Source: Caulobacteraceae bacterium (GTDB taxonomy: Bacteria; Pseudomonadota; Alphaproteobacteria; Caulobacterales; Caulobacteraceae). Taken from it: a stretch of DNA of 64,000 nt. This document shows, in pieces, positions 41,852 to 52,794 of this stretch; within the stretch, counting starts at the first letter, position 1, and each line of letters starts with the position of its first letter. A program made the translations under genes and the position numbers. The stretch spans positions 45,526 to 109,525 of the forward strand of contig DASVMY010000084.1 of NCBI GenBank assembly GCA_036384135.1, given 5' to 3'. The notes under the pieces were generated by a model, which did not search any database, was not told where the DNA came from, and saw only the letters and a list, made by a program, of their open reading frames with translations.

Positions 41852-41928
<77 letters not shown>

Positions 41929-42011
41929 ATGCAGGGAGCGCCCTTATAGTGACGGCGCCTGGGGCGGGCAATCGCAAATCTGAGGCGATCTCGCAGCGTC
42001 CCCGCGCGCGC

Positions 42012-42437
42012 TCAATTCCCCCGCAGCAGGTGGTCCAGCCGGGCCTTGGCCGCCTCCAGGTCCTGCAGGGCGATCTGCAGGCGCTGGCGGGACTCGCCGG
42101 TCAGGTTGTGGTCGGCGAGGGGCGCGAAGAGATCGTCATCGAGGGTCGGCGGCGGCGGCGCCCTGGGGCTGGCGGGCGCGTCGATCAGACGCTTGAGCCC
42201 ATGTTCCTTGTGCAGCTTCTGCACACCCTTGATGGTGTAGCCGTCAACGTGCAGCAACCGTCGGATGGCGGCCAGGATCACAATGTCCTGGGGGCGATAG
42301 AAACGCCTCCCGCCGGCCCGCTTCATGGGCCTGATGAAGGAAAACTTGGTCTCCCAGAACCTAAGGACGTGTTGGGGAACGCCCAGTTCGCCGGAAGCCT
42401 CGGAGATGGTCCGGAACGCCTCGGGGCTCTTGGCCAC
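42012..42437 (-). CDS. MerR-family transcriptional regulator
   Basis: FRTISEAS, HVLRFWETKF, GGRRFYR and GYTIKGV motifs; follows ihfA. Confidence 0.9.
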   Translation of the reverse strand: MAKSPEAFRTISEASGELGVPQHVLRFWETKFSFIRPMKRAGGRRFYRPQDIVILAAIRRLLHVDGYTIKGVQKLHKEHGLKRLIDAPASPRAPPPPTLDDDLFAPLADHNLTGESRQRLQIALQDLEAAKARLDHLLRGN

Positions 42438-42452
42438 CTGGCGACCCTTCCC

Positions 42453-42755
42453 CTATCCCGCCAAAGCCCGGTCGATGCGCGCCTTCATCACCTGGGAGGC
42501 CCGAAAGCCAATCACCCGGCGAGGATCGATGGCGGCAGCTTCGCCCGTCTTGGGGTTGCGGCCCACGCGTTCGCGTTTCGCGCGCACCTGGAAGACGCCG
42601 AATCCCGAGAGCTTGACGGTGGCGCCGCGCTCCAGGGCTTCGGTCATCAGACCCAGTGTTCGCTCGACCAGACTGGCGCAGTCCTGCCGCGTCAGTCCCA
42701 CTTCGTCGTGGACAGCCTCGGTAAGGTCCGCCCGCGTCAATGTCTGCCCCTTCAT
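42453..42755 (-). CDS. ihfA: Integration host factor subunit alpha
   Basis: TLTRADL, VKLSGFG and GRNPKTG motifs. Confidence 0.95.
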   Translation of the reverse strand: MKGQTLTRADLTEAVHDEVGLTRQDCASLVERTLGLMTEALERGATVKLSGFGVFQVRAKRERVGRNPKTGEAAAIDPRRVIGFRASQVMKARIDRALAG

Positions 42756-42845
42756 GGGAGCCCCCATTTTCCCCAACGCCGCCAGCCTAGACGGCGTGAT
42801 TTCCAAGTCAAGTCAAAGACTTCAGGCCAAGGCGTGAAATGCAGC

Positions 42846-43826
42846 CTAAAGACGGATGACCGCCGCTCCCCAAGTGAGCCCGCCCCCCATCGCCTCAACC
42901 AGCAAAAGCTGGCCCGGCTTGATCCGCCCGTCCGCCACGCCCTGGGCCCAGGCCAAGGGAATCGAGGCGGCGGAGGTGTTGGCGTGGTGGGCCACCGTGG
43001 TGATGACGCGCTTCTCCTCGATTCCCACCCGGCGCGCCACACCTTCGAGGATTCTCTGGTTGGCTTGGTGCGGCACGAACCAGTCGATGTCGGCGATCTC
43101 AACCCCCGCCGCCTTGGCGGCCGAGAAAATCGCTTCGGAGATGTTCACCACCGCATGGCGGAAAACCTGGTTGCCCTGCATGCGCAGCTTGCCCACCGTG
43201 CCGGTGCTGGAAGGGCCGCCATCGACATAGAGCAGGTCCTGCTTGGTCCCGTCGGCGCGCAGGGCGAAGCCCAGCACCCCCTTGTCGGCGACGGTCCCCT
43301 GCCCTTCGCCAGGCTCCAGCACCACCGCCCCGGCGCCGTCGCCGAACAGGACGCAGGTGCCGCGGTCGGTCCAGTCCATCAGGCGGGTCATAGTCTCGGC
43401 CCCGATCACCAGGGCGCACCTGGCTTGGCCGCGGGCCACGAAACCATCGGCCACCGCCAGGGCGTAGACGAAACCGGAGCAGACCGCCTGGACGTCAAAG
43501 GCGATGCCGGTCGGCGCGCCGATCTTCCGCTGCACCATGGTCGCCACCGCGGGGAAGGTCAGGTCCGGGGTGGTGGTGGCCACGATGATCAGGTCGACCT
43601 CGGCGGCCGACTTGCCCGCGGCGGCCAGGGCGGACCTGGCGGCTTCCGTGGCGAGGTCCGAGGCGCCCTGCCCTTCAGGCGCGCGATGGCGCCGGTGGAT
43701 ACCGGTCCGCTCGACAATCCAATCGTGGCTGGTGTCGACGATCTTGGCGAGGTCGTCGTTAGTGACCACCTCCGCCGGCAGATAACCCCCGACGCCGGTC
43801 ACGACGCTACGCAGAATGGCACTCAC
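42846..43826 (-). CDS. fabH: Beta-ketoacyl-ACP synthase III
   Basis: AVCSGF, FGDGAGA, PHQAN, NTSAASIP and GGGLTWG motifs. Confidence 0.96.
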   Translation of the reverse strand: MSAILRSVVTGVGGYLPAEVVTNDDLAKIVDTSHDWIVERTGIHRRHRAPEGQGASDLATEAARSALAAAGKSAAEVDLIIVATTTPDLTFPAVATMVQRKIGAPTGIAFDVQAVCSGFVYALAVADGFVARGQARCALVIGAETMTRLMDWTDRGTCVLFGDGAGAVVLEPGEGQGTVADKGVLGFALRADGTKQDLLYVDGGPSSTGTVGKLRMQGNQVFRHAVVNISEAIFSAAKAAGVEIADIDWFVPHQANQRILEGVARRVGIEEKRVITTVAHHANTSAASIPLAWAQGVADGRIKPGQLLLVEAMGGGLTWGAAVIRL

Positions 43827-44941
43827 GCGCTCGATCTTTCCCCGGCTTCCTTGGCGCCTGTCCCGTCGGCGCCGGTCTGTTTGACTTCAGTTCCCACCGC
43901 CGGCTCACCGGCTTCCGCGGCGGCGACCCGCCGTTTCAGATTGCGATCGATCTCGGCGGCGAAATCGCTCTTGGCCAGTTCCGCCGCCAGCCGGATGGCA
44001 TAGGCGAATCCGCGCGCGTCGGCCCCGCCGTGGCTTTTGACTACAATCCCGTTGAGCCCCAGGAAAGGCCCGCCGTTGATCGAGCTGGGGTCCAGGCGCT
44101 CGCGGATCTTGACCAGCGAGCCGCGGGCGATAAGCGCCCCCAGCCTCGCCATCAGGGTGGAGGTGAACGCGCCGCGCAGCTCATTGCGGAAGAACCGCGC
44201 CAGGCCCTCGGCGGTCTTGATCGCCACATTGCCGGTGAAGCCGTCGGTGACCACCACGTCCACCGACCCTTTGGCGATATCGTCGCCCTCCACGAAGCCT
44301 CGGTAGTCGAGGTCGAAGGCGGTCTGGCGCAATATCCGATGCGCGCCGCGGACCTCGTCGTGACCCTTCTCATCTTCCGATCCAACGTTGAGGACCCCGA
44401 CCGTCGGGTTCTTGGACTTGTGCACCGCCCGGTGGAAGGCGGCGCCCATGATGGCGAAATCCACCAGCCGCTCGGCGTCGCAGTCGATGTTGGCGCCGAC
44501 GTCCAGCACGGCGGTCACGCCCCGGCTGGTGGGCCAACTGGCCACCAGGGCCGGCCGCTCGAGATCGCCAATCATGCGCAGCTGCAGCTTGGAGATCGCC
44601 ATCAGGGCGCCGGTGTTGCCCGCCGAGACGGCGGCGTGGGCCTCGCCCGACTTCACCGATTCGACTGCGTTCCACATCGACGTGCCCTTGCCGCGCCGCA
44701 TGGCCTGGGCGGGTTTTTCGTCGTTGGCGATGACGCGGTCGGCGGAGCGGATGTCGATGCGGCCCTGCAGGATCGGCAGCTTGGCGACCGAGGCGGCGAT
44801 CTGCGCCTCGTCGCCGTGCAGGAGGAAACGCACATCGGCGCCTTCCAGCAGGCTCACCGCACGCGCCACGCCCGGCGCGACGACGGACGGACCGTGGTCG
44901 CCTCCCATGGCGTCGATGGAAATCACCAGCGGATCAGGCAC
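43823..44941 (-). CDS. plsX: Phosphate acyltransferase
   Basis: DAMGGDHGP, SAGNTGA, DVGAN and TDGFTGN motifs. Confidence 0.96.
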   Translation of the reverse strand: MPDPLVISIDAMGGDHGPSVVAPGVARAVSLLEGADVRFLLHGDEAQIAASVAKLPILQGRIDIRSADRVIANDEKPAQAMRRGKGTSMWNAVESVKSGEAHAAVSAGNTGALMAISKLQLRMIGDLERPALVASWPTSRGVTAVLDVGANIDCDAERLVDFAIMGAAFHRAVHKSKNPTVGVLNVGSEDEKGHDEVRGAHRILRQTAFDLDYRGFVEGDDIAKGSVDVVVTDGFTGNVAIKTAEGLARFFRNELRGAFTSTLMARLGALIARGSLVKIRERLDPSSINGGPFLGLNGIVVKSHGGADARGFAYAIRLAAELAKSDFAAEIDRNLKRRVAAAEAGEPAVGTEVKQTGADGTGAKEAGERSSA

Positions 44942-45075
44942 GGCGGCGATGCGAACTCCTTGTGGCGTCCCGCCGAGACAAGCTGGCGGACGATACAGAC
45001 CAAGGCGCGCGATGCAAGCGGCGCGCCGGGGCGTTGATTTTCGGGGCCTTCAGGCTCCGGGGCCCTAGATTAGCG

Positions 45076-45612
45076 TCAATCGGCGGCCTTCGTCGCCTTC
45101 AATGCGGCCAGGACCGCGAAGGGCGAGGACGGCGTCTCGTCCGGCGGCGGCTCGAATACAACGCCAGGTTTGCGCGGGAATAGATCGATCGCCAGAGCCA
45201 GGTGCTCGACCACGTAGTGGGCGACATCGATCGAATCGCCGGCGATCACGTCCGGCGGATCATCCGCCTCCAAATCCACCTCCACCTCGTCTTCGGGCGG
45301 GGGCGGGGCGTTGGGGCTGCCGGCCGGCACGAAACGCACCAGCAGCGGCTCGTCAATCACCGTGTCGAAGGGATCCAAAGACACGCCGCAGATCTGGGTC
45401 ACCACGGCGCGCAGGCGTCCGGTCAGCTCGGCGCCGTCCAGCCAGGGCTGGACATTGAGGTCCGCCGACAGTTCGCTCAGGGACTCCAGCTTGAGGTCCT
45501 TGCGCAGATTGGCGCGGGTCGCATCGTCGGCCTCAAGCCGCAGGCGGACCGGCAATTCACGCCAATGGACCAGCCTGGACCAGGGATCGCGGGCGTTCAA
45601 GCCTGGGGCCAA
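45076..45612 (-). CDS. DUF177/YceD family protein
   Basis: QICGVSLDPF, EHLALAIDLFPRKPG and SPFAVLAAL motifs; lies upstream of plsX. Confidence 0.85.
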   Translation of the reverse strand: MAPGLNARDPWSRLVHWRELPVRLRLEADDATRANLRKDLKLESLSELSADLNVQPWLDGAELTGRLRAVVTQICGVSLDPFDTVIDEPLLVRFVPAGSPNAPPPPEDEVEVDLEADDPPDVIAGDSIDVAHYVVEHLALAIDLFPRKPGVVFEPPPDETPSSPFAVLAALKATKAAD

Positions 45613-46115
45613 GTGACCTCTCCCGTAACAAGGCCGGCGGTCGGCTGCGCGGCCAGGGCCTGGCGGCAGCGGTCGATATAGGCGGCCAGGGGCGCGCCAT
45701 CCGCATCGTCAAGAGCGGTCCTGGAAACCACCCCGGCCAGGGGCGCAAGGTCCGGCAGGGCCTTAAAGGCTGTGTCATAGCCCTTGGCGCGGCCATAAAA
45801 GGCCTCGCCCAGCTTGCGCATCTTCTTGCCCACCGCCAGGTCGCCGACACCCATCTCGCGCAGGGCGCCGTCCAGGTCGCGGATGTAGGTGTCGAACAGG
45901 CCCTGGCGGATGTCGGCCGCCCCGCCCTCGTCCTTCAGGCGGTCGACCAGCAGGATGACGTGCAACGTCAGCATCTCAAAACGCCCCTCGACCGTGTCGG
46001 GAACGCCCATGTCGCGGTACAGCGCCGGCAGGCGTCCCTGCGCCGCCGCCGCGGCGTGCAGCGCGGTCGCCGCCGTCTTGGCCGGGTTTTTGGCCAACAG
46101 CCGATCCAGGAACAT
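45597..46115 (-). CDS. Ubiquinol-cytochrome c chaperone (Cbp3) family protein
   Basis: VPDTVEGRFEML.LH, LREMGVGD and KKM...FYGR motifs. Confidence 0.88.
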   Translation of the reverse strand: MFLDRLLAKNPAKTAATALHAAAAAQGRLPALYRDMGVPDTVEGRFEMLTLHVILLVDRLKDEGGAADIRQGLFDTYIRDLDGALREMGVGDLAVGKKMRKLGEAFYGRAKGYDTAFKALPDLAPLAGVVSRTALDDADGAPLAAYIDRCRQALAAQPTAGLVTGEVTWPQA

Positions 46116-46219
46116 ACGCCTCGCCTCTATTCCGCCCCACGGGGGGGCAATACCGCGCATTGAACTAAGCGGCTGACAGCGATAGGTCAAAGGTCGCCTT
46201 TCCAACGAGTCCGAACACC

Positions 46220-46705
46220 ATGCTCCGAAATGCCGCCCTCGCCTTCGCCGCCGTCTCGGTGCTGGGCGTCGCCGCCTGCGCGCCGACCACCAGTTACCAG
46301 GGCTTCCAGGCCATCGAGGTCAACCCGGCCGACGTGAAGGTGGGCGACGACACCCGCTCCACCGTCCTGGCCAAGCTGGGCACGCCGACGGCCACATCGA
46401 CCTTCGACAAGGACACCTGGTACTACATGGACCAGGTGGTGAACCGGACGTCCTTCTACAATCCGCGCATGTCCCGCCGCGACGTGGTGGCGATCACCTT
46501 CAACAAGGACAGCGAACAGGTCGTCGATGTGCGCAAGTTCGGCCTGCAGGACGGCAAGGTGTTCGCCTTCAACAAGCGCGAAACCCCGACCCGCGGCCGC
46601 GAAATGACCGTCCTGGAACAGTTGCTGGGCAGCATCGGCGCCGCCGGCGTCCTGCCTCCCGACCAGAACCAGACCCCCGGCAGCCACCCGGGCGACCGGC
46701 CCTAA
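46220..46705 (+). CDS. bamE: Outer membrane protein assembly factor BamE
   Basis: VAAC lipobox, LGTPT, WYY and RETPTRGREMT..EQLLG motifs. Confidence 0.9.
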   Translation: MLRNAALAFAAVSVLGVAACAPTTSYQGFQAIEVNPADVKVGDDTRSTVLAKLGTPTATSTFDKDTWYYMDQVVNRTSFYNPRMSRRDVVAITFNKDSEQVVDVRKFGLQDGKVFAFNKRETPTRGREMTVLEQLLGSIGAAGVLPPDQNQTPGSHPGDRP

Positions 46706-46755
46706 CGTCCGGACGTTGCGCCCGGCAAAAGCCGGCGCGCCACCCACTGGCAATG

Positions 46756-46789
46756 AAAAACGCCCCGGAGCCAGAAGCTCCGGGGCGTT
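46756..46789 (-). terminator. Rho-independent terminator after hppA
   Basis: 13-bp stem AACGCCCCGGAGC/GCTCCGGGGCGTT with a T run on the minus strand. Confidence 0.85.
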
Positions 46790-46813
46790 GTCGTCTCCGC
46801 CGATGACGGGATC

Positions 46814-48940
46814 CTAGTGAATGACCCCGTGGGCCAGGACCGCCAGCAGCAGCAAAGCCACGATGTTGGTGATCTTGATCATCGGGTTCACGGCGGGACC
46901 CGCCGTGTCCTTGTAGGGGTCGCCGACGGTGTCGCCGGTGACGGCGGCCTTGTGGGCTTCGGACCCCTTGCCGCCGTGGTGGCCTTCCTCGATCAGCTTC
47001 TTGGCGTTGTCCCAGGCGCCGCCGCCAGAGGTCATCGAGATGGCGACGAACAGGCCGGTCACGATCACGCCCATGAGCATGGCGCCCAGGGACGAGAAGG
47101 CCTCCGACTTGCCTGCGATCCAGTTGATCACGAAGAACAGCACGATGGGCGAGGCCACCGGCAGCAGCGAGGGCACGATCATCTCGCGGATCGCCGCCTT
47201 GGTCAGGATATCCACCGCCCGGCCGTACTCCGGCTTGACCTCATAGGTCATGATGCCGGGGTTCTCCTTGAACTGACGCCTGACCTCGACGACCACCGCT
47301 TCCGCAGCGCGGCCCACGGCGGTCATGGACATGCCGCCGAACAGGAACGGCAGCAGGCCGCCGAACAACAGGCCGACCACGACATAGGGGTTGGAAAGGT
47401 CGAAGCGGATGTCGCCCATACCCGCGAAGAACGGGAAGTCGCCGGAGTTGGCGGCGAAGAACTTCAGGTCCTGGGTATAGGCGGCGAAGAGCACCAGGGC
47501 GCCCAGGCCCGCCGAGCCGATGGCGTAGCCCTTGGTGACGGCCTTGGTGGTGTTACCCACCGCGTCCAGGGCGTCGGTGGAGACGCGGACTTCGCTCGGC
47601 AGGCCGGCCATTTCAGCAATGCCGCCGGCGTTGTCGGTCACCGGTCCGAAGGCGTCCAGGGCGACGATGAAGCCGGCCAGGCTGAGCATGGTGGTGGTGG
47701 CGATGGCGACGCCGAACAGGCCGGCGAAGTTGAAGGTGGCGATGATGCCGACGATGATCACCAGGGCCGGCGCCGCGGTGGACTCCAGCGACATGGCCAG
47801 GCCTTGGATCACGTTGGTGCCGTGGCCGGCGACGGAAGACTTGGCGATCGACTTCACCGGGCGGAAGCCCGTGCCGGTGTAGTATTCGGTGATCACCACG
47901 ATGGCGGCCGTCACGGCCAGGCCCACCAGCCCGCAATAGAACAGGTTCATCTGCGGCACGGCCTTGCCCAGCACCTCGATGCCGTCGGCCGGGACCAGCT
48001 TGTTGATCACGAACCAGACCGCGCCGATGGACAGCACGCCGGTGACGATGAGGCCCTGGTAGAGGGCGCCCATGATGTTGTTGCTCTTGCCCAGACGCAC
48101 GAAGAAGGCGCCGGCGATGGAGGTGATGATGCAGACGCCGCAGATGGCCAGCGGCAGCAGCATCATGTTGGTCACCGCATCCGTGCCACGGAACAGGATC
48201 GCGGCCAGGACCATGGTGGCGACCGTGGTCACCGCATAGGTCTCGAACAGGTCGGCGGCCATGCCGGCGCAGTCGCCGACGTTGTCGCCCACGTTGTCGG
48301 CGATGGTGGCGGCGTTGCGGGGATCGTCTTCCGGGATGCCAGCCTCGACCTTGCCCACCATGTCGCCGCCGACGTCGGCGCCCTTGGTGAAGATGCCGCC
48401 GCCCAGACGGGCGAAGATGGAGATCAGCGAGGCGCCGAAGCCCAGCGCCACCATGCTGTCGACCACGTCGCGGCTGGTTTGCTCAAGGCCGAGGGCCTTG
48501 GTCAGCACCGTGAAATAGCCGGCGACGCCCAACAGGGCGAGGCCCGCCACCAGCATGCCGGTCACCGCGCCCGAGCGGAACGCCATCGACAGGCCCTTGC
48601 CCAGGCTCTCGGATGCCGCCTGCGCGGTCCGCACATTGGCCCGCACGGAAATCAGCATTCCGGCGAAGCCGGCCGCGCCAGAGAGCACGGCGCCGATCAG
48701 GAAGCCGATCGCCGCGAATTTCCCGATCAGGAAGAAGACGACCACCAGGATCACCGCGCCGACTATGGCGATGGTGGTGTACTGACGCCGGAGATAGGCC
48801 TGCGCGCCCTCCTGGATGGCGGCGGCGATCTCCTTCATCTTGTCATTGCCGGCGGATGCCCGCAGCAGTGAAGCGGTCTGGATGGCGCAGTAGAGCACAG
48901 CCAACAGGCCGGCTCCCATCACCAACAACAATACATTCAT
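46814..48940 (-). CDS. hppA: Membrane H+-translocating pyrophosphatase, K+-independent type
   Basis: [25 protein letters not shown] and DPYKDTAGP motifs. [10 protein letters not shown] carries the Lys of the K+-independent class. Confidence 0.96.
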   Translation of the reverse strand: MNVLLLVMGAGLLAVLYCAIQTASLLRASAGNDKMKEIAAAIQEGAQAYLRRQYTTIAIVGAVILVVVFFLIGKFAAIGFLIGAVLSGAAGFAGMLISVRANVRTAQAASESLGKGLSMAFRSGAVTGMLVAGLALLGVAGYFTVLTKALGLEQTSRDVVDSMVALGFGASLISIFARLGGGIFTKGADVGGDMVGKVEAGIPEDDPRNAATIADNVGDNVGDCAGMAADLFETYAVTTVATMVLAAILFRGTDAVTNMMLLPLAICGVCIITSIAGAFFVRLGKSNNIMGALYQGLIVTGVLSIGAVWFVINKLVPADGIEVLGKAVPQMNLFYCGLVGLAVTAAIVVITEYYTGTGFRPVKSIAKSSVAGHGTNVIQGLAMSLESTAAPALVIIVGIIATFNFAGLFGVAIATTTMLSLAGFIVALDAFGPVTDNAGGIAEMAGLPSEVRVSTDALDAVGNTTKAVTKGYAIGSAGLGALVLFAAYTQDLKFFAANSGDFPFFAGMGDIRFDLSNPYVVVGLLFGGLLPFLFGGMSMTAVGRAAEAVVVEVRRQFKENPGIMTYEVKPEYGRAVDILTKAAIREMIVPSLLPVASPIVLFFVINWIAGKSEAFSSLGAMLMGVIVTGLFVAISMTSGGGAWDNAKKLIEEGHHGGKGSEAHKAAVTGDTVGDPYKDTAGPAVNPMIKITNIVALLLLAVLAHGVIH

Positions 48941-49113
48941 TTCTAAGCGCCCCTCATGCGTTCTTGTGCGATCAGGCCGCTGACGCCGAGGCGCCGCGGC
49001 CCGTCAATTTCCCTAAACCTGGGTGGTCGAGGAGCCTGAACGGCCCTCGAAAGACGCCGGAAGGTGCCAAAAGCCTTACGCCGACGCAAGCGCGCGCAAG
49101 ATTGTCTTAAGGT

Positions 49114-49551
49114 TCAGTGGCCCGGGGCGGCCCTTGGCGCTGGAAAACCGCTGCGCCGCTTGGGTGTTTCCGAGAGGATGGACACCGAGGCGACGTTGCC
49201 GGGACCGGCGATTGCCGCCGCGGCGGCGTACATCGTCGCCTTCAACTTCACGTCGTCCAGCACCGCGAAGTTATCCAGGCGAGTGAAGGGGGTGCGATGT
49301 GCGGCCCGGACCAGGGCGTCACGGAAGTAGGGCTCCTTGGACTGCAATTTCGGCGCGTTGGCGCCGGGCGTCAGGTTCACGCGGACCGAGACGAAGACGT
49401 AGTTGATCACCCTGTTGTCGAGCACCACGGGCAGGGCTACCGGCGCCAGATCGACGTACTGTCCGGCGGCCTTGCCCGCCTCCGCGGCCAAGGCGGGCGA
49501 CGTCAGAACGAGGGCCAACAGGGCGATAGTTGAAAGCGTGAGTCGGCGCAT
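49114..49551 (-). CDS. Exported hypothetical protein, FliL-like
   Basis: Signal peptide; YVDLAPVALPV, YVFVSVRV and PYFRDA resemble the FliL pattern. Confidence 0.55.
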   Translation of the reverse strand: MRRLTLSTIALLALVLTSPALAAEAGKAAGQYVDLAPVALPVVLDNRVINYVFVSVRVNLTPGANAPKLQSKEPYFRDALVRAAHRTPFTRLDNFAVLDDVKLKATMYAAAAAIAGPGNVASVSILSETPKRRSGFPAPRAAPGH

Positions 49552-49593
49552 GGACGAAACAGTGCCCCCGATCCTTTTCTCAATCGTTGCCAC

Positions 49594-50262
49594 TCAGCCC
49601 GTCACCAGGATCAAGGCGAAGCCGTCATGTCCCTTGGAACCAACGGTCTGGACGGCGGTGGCCACCACCCGCGACTCGGCGGCGATCATCTGGTTCATGC
49701 GCTGTACGCCCAGCACATTGGGGTCCCGACTATCGGCGTTGGCCACGGCGCCGGCGCGCACGACATTGTCGACGATGATCAGGCTGCCCGGCGCCGTCAG
49801 CTTCAGGGCCCAGGCGAAGTAGTCCGGATTGCTGGGCTTGTCGGCGTCGATGAACACCAGGTCGAAGGGTCCCCTGCCCTCACGCTCGATGATGGGCAGG
49901 TTGTCGATTGCGCGACCCACGCGGACCTCGACGAGGTCGGCAAAACCGGCATGGGCGATGTTGGCCGCGGCGACTGCCGCGTGATGCGGATCGAACTCCA
50001 GACTGATCAGACGCCCATCGGCCGGCAGGGCCTTGGCCAGCCAGATGGTGCTGTAGCCCCCCAGTGTGCCGATCTCCAGAATGCGCTTGGCCCCGATGGA
50101 GCGGGCGAAAATCTCCAGCATTCGCCCCTGGTTGGGCGCCACGGCGATGGCCGGCAGTCCCGCCGCGTCGCTGGAGGCCAGGGCGGCCGCCAGCGCGGCG
50201 TCATGCGGCAGCAGGGCGTCGGTGAGGTAGCGGTCGATGGCGGTCCATTGGTCCTGGGGCAA
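49594..50262 (-). CDS. Class I SAM-dependent O-methyltransferase
   Basis: LEIGTLGGYST, DLVFIDADK and IIVDNV motifs. Confidence 0.92.
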   Translation of the reverse strand: MPQDQWTAIDRYLTDALLPHDAALAAALASSDAAGLPAIAVAPNQGRMLEIFARSIGAKRILEIGTLGGYSTIWLAKALPADGRLISLEFDPHHAAVAAANIAHAGFADLVEVRVGRAIDNLPIIEREGRGPFDLVFIDADKPSNPDYFAWALKLTAPGSLIIVDNVVRAGAVANADSRDPNVLGVQRMNQMIAAESRVVATAVQTVGSKGHDGFALILVTG

Positions 50263-50271
50263 GGATTCCTC

Positions 50272-51252
50272 CTAGAAATGTCGCCAACCGGCTGTGTCCA
50301 GGGCGACGACACTTCCGTCGTGGATAACGTCCACACCGCCGCCATCGAAGAAGACCCCGATATCCGTCACCGCGATCCCCAGCACCAAGGCCGCCTCAAC
50401 AAGGCCGCCGACCACCTCGGGCGGGACCGCGCAGACGATCTCATAGTCGTCGCCGCCGGTGGCCGCGGCGATCCTGTGGGCCTCCTCTCCGCTCACCAAG
50501 GGATGGAAAGGCGCCCGGTCGAGCTCGATCTTGAGCCCCAGTCCGCTGGCCTCGGCGAGGTGTCCGGCGTCGGCGATCAGGCCGTCGGAGATATCAGCGG
50601 CGGCGGTCGCGTGGGCGAGCAGGAGCTCAGCCAGGGCGGTGCGTGGCTGTGGCAGGCGGTAGAAGGCGGTCAGCGTTCCGTCCGCATCGGCGACGGCCCC
50701 GCGCCGCGCCTGGAGGCCCAGCCAGCCCTTGCCGATCTGCCCGCTAACGAGGAGCCGGTCGCCGGGCCGGGCGCCGCCGCGGCGGACCATCCGACCGGCC
50801 GGAACCCAGCCCAGCACCGTGGCGCTGACGGTCAAAGGCCCCGGCGTGGAAACCGTATCGCCGCCCAGCAGGATGAGGCCAAAGGCACGGCCATCTGCAT
50901 CCAGCCCCCGGACGAAGGCTTCGCGCTCCGCCGAACCGCAACGCGGCGACCAGGCGGTGGTGAGCAGATAGCCATAGGGTTCGGCCCCCTTTGCGGCCAG
51001 GTCCGACAGGTTCGCACGCAGCAGCTTGCGCGCCACGGTGTCCAGTGGATCGTCGGGCAGGAAGTGCACGCCCTCCACCAGGGCGTCGGTGGTCAGGACC
51101 AGGTCCCACCCGGGCCGCGACGGCAGCACGGCCGCGTCGTCCAGCAGGGACAGGGCTTCCGGCGCGCCCCGGGTCAGGGGCCGCAGCAGCCGCTCTATCT
51201 CGGCGAATTCGCCGCCGTCGCCTTCGTGGGACCCAGGCTCACTTGCGGACAT
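50272..51252 (-). CDS. thiL: Thiamine-monophosphate kinase
   Basis: [33 protein letters not shown] and GGDDYE motifs. Confidence 0.94.
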   Translation of the reverse strand: MSASEPGSHEGDGGEFAEIERLLRPLTRGAPEALSLLDDAAVLPSRPGWDLVLTTDALVEGVHFLPDDPLDTVARKLLRANLSDLAAKGAEPYGYLLTTAWSPRCGSAEREAFVRGLDADGRAFGLILLGGDTVSTPGPLTVSATVLGWVPAGRMVRRGGARPGDRLLVSGQIGKGWLGLQARRGAVADADGTLTAFYRLPQPRTALAELLLAHATAAADISDGLIADAGHLAEASGLGLKIELDRAPFHPLVSGEEAHRIAAATGGDDYEIVCAVPPEVVGGLVEAALVLGIAVTDIGVFFDGGGVDVIHDGSVVALDTAGWRHF

Positions 51253-51688
51253 CACGGGCGATCCCGTCCAGGGCCCCGTTGACGAAGGCGGGCTCGGAAC
51301 CGTCGAAGAACGACTTGGCGATCTCGACATATTCGTCGATGGCCACCTCGGTCGGTACGTCCGGCAGGCGCATCAACTCGTAGGCCCCCGAACGCAGGAT
51401 GGCGCGGACGGTGGCGTCGATACGGTCCAGCCGCCAGCCCTCGGCCAGGCGCTTGACGATGGCGTGGTCCACCTTGGTCTGGTCGGCGACGACCCCCTTC
51501 ACCAGCTCGGCGAAGAAGGCCTCGTCCGCCTCAGCCAGCTGCTCGTCTTCCATGTCGCGGTCAAAGCGGTGATCAGTGAACTCGCGCACGACCGCGTCGG
51601 CCCCGACGCCGGAAACTTCCATCTGATACAGCGCCTGGACGGCGGCCAGGCGGGCCACGGAACGGGCCTGACGGCCGGACTTGGTCAT
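51239..51688 (-). CDS. nusB: Transcription antitermination factor NusB
   Basis: [12 protein letters not shown]...[13 protein letters not shown] and FVNGALD motifs. Confidence 0.96.
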   Translation of the reverse strand: MTKSGRQARSVARLAAVQALYQMEVSGVGADAVVREFTDHRFDRDMEDEQLAEADEAFFAELVKGVVADQTKVDHAIVKRLAEGWRLDRIDATVRAILRSGAYELMRLPDVPTEVAIDEYVEIAKSFFDGSEPAFVNGALDGIARDVRK

Positions 51689-51728
51689 GAAAAGACGCTC
51701 ATTGCGGGAAAATCATTGGCGGAGAAGC

Positions 51729-52196
51729 TCATCGGGGTTGGCCGAGCAATTGGCGGCGAACGGAGACCATGTCCAGGCACGCCCTGGCCGCCCAGCCGCC
51801 GCGGTCACCCTCGGAGGTGTGGGCGCGGGCCAACGCCTGCGCTTCGTCGTCGGTGAACAACAGGCCATTGCCGATCGCCAGGCGGCGACCGATCGCCAGG
51901 TCCATCAGGCCACGGGCTGTCTCCTGGGCCATGACCTCGAACTGGAAGGTCTCGCCACGGATGATGGCGCCCAGCGCTACATAGCCGTCGTAGCGGGCCC
52001 CGGCCGGGCGGTGGCCGTGCTCCTCGGCGATCGCGATGACGGCAGGGATCTCGAAGGCGCTGGGGGCTGGGATCACCTCGTGCGTCGCCCCAAAGGCCTC
52101 CAGGGCGGCCACCGCCCCGCGCAGCAGCTCGTCGGACAGCCGGTCGAACGCCCGCGCCTCGACGATCAGAATACGCGGCGCCTCCTCGAGCATCAC
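51729..52196 (-). CDS. ribH: 6,7-dimethyl-8-ribityllumazine synthase homologue with substituted active-site residues
   Basis: [25 protein letters not shown] and IGNG motifs; sits directly upstream of nusB. Confidence 0.85.
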   Translation of the reverse strand: MMLEEAPRILIVEARAFDRLSDELLRGAVAALEAFGATHEVIPAPSAFEIPAVIAIAEEHGHRPAGARYDGYVALGAIIRGETFQFEVMAQETARGLMDLAIGRRLAIGNGLLFTDDEAQALARAHTSEGDRGGWAARACLDMVSVRRQLLGQPR

Positions 52197-52282
52197 TTGA
52201 AAATCCTCAAAACCTGACGGGCGGTGTGAACGGTCGCGCAGCCTACGCCGCTTGCGCGGTCGGCGTCCAACGGCGCGAGGGC

Positions 52283-52762
52283 CTAATCGTCGCCCTCGAC
52301 GCTGCCCTCTTCGGACAGTCCCTCTTCGCTGAGGAACTTGGCGAAATCCTCGGTCTGGCGGAAGTCGCGGTAGACCGAGGCGTAGCGGACGTAGGCCACG
52401 TCATCCAGGGACTTCAGCGCCTTCATGACCATCTCGCCGACCACGCTGGAGGGCAGCTCGGTCTCGCCCTGGCTCTCCAGCTGGCGGACGATGCCGTTGA
52501 TCATCCGCTCCACCCGTTCGGGATCCACCGGCCGCTTGCGCGTGGCGATGGAGACCGAGCGGACCAGCTTCTCGCGGTCGAAGGGATTGCGCCGGCCGGA
52601 CCGCTTCAGGATGGTCAGCTCGCGCAGCTGCACCCGCTCGAAGGTGGTGAAGCGCCCGCCGCATTCGGGACACAGGCGACGGCGCCGGATGGCCGCGCCG
52701 TCTTCCGACGGGCGGCTGTCCTTGACCTGGCTTTCGGCGTGGCCGCAGAACGGGCACCGCAT
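52283..52762 (-). CDS. nrdR: Transcriptional repressor NrdR
   Basis: [23 protein letters not shown] and [10 protein letters not shown] motifs. Confidence 0.96.
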   Translation of the reverse strand: MRCPFCGHAESQVKDSRPSEDGAAIRRRRLCPECGGRFTTFERVQLRELTILKRSGRRNPFDREKLVRSVSIATRKRPVDPERVERMINGIVRQLESQGETELPSSVVGEMVMKALKSLDDVAYVRYASVYRDFRQTEDFAKFLSEEGLSEEGSVEGDD

Positions 52763-52794
52763 GATGTGCCCCTCCTCAAGCGGCAGTCACACTA

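Noticed and set aside
44942-45075. Absence of rpmF between the DUF177 gene and plsX
   Set aside because: This is the normal arrangement in many alphaproteobacteria, where rpmF lies elsewhere.
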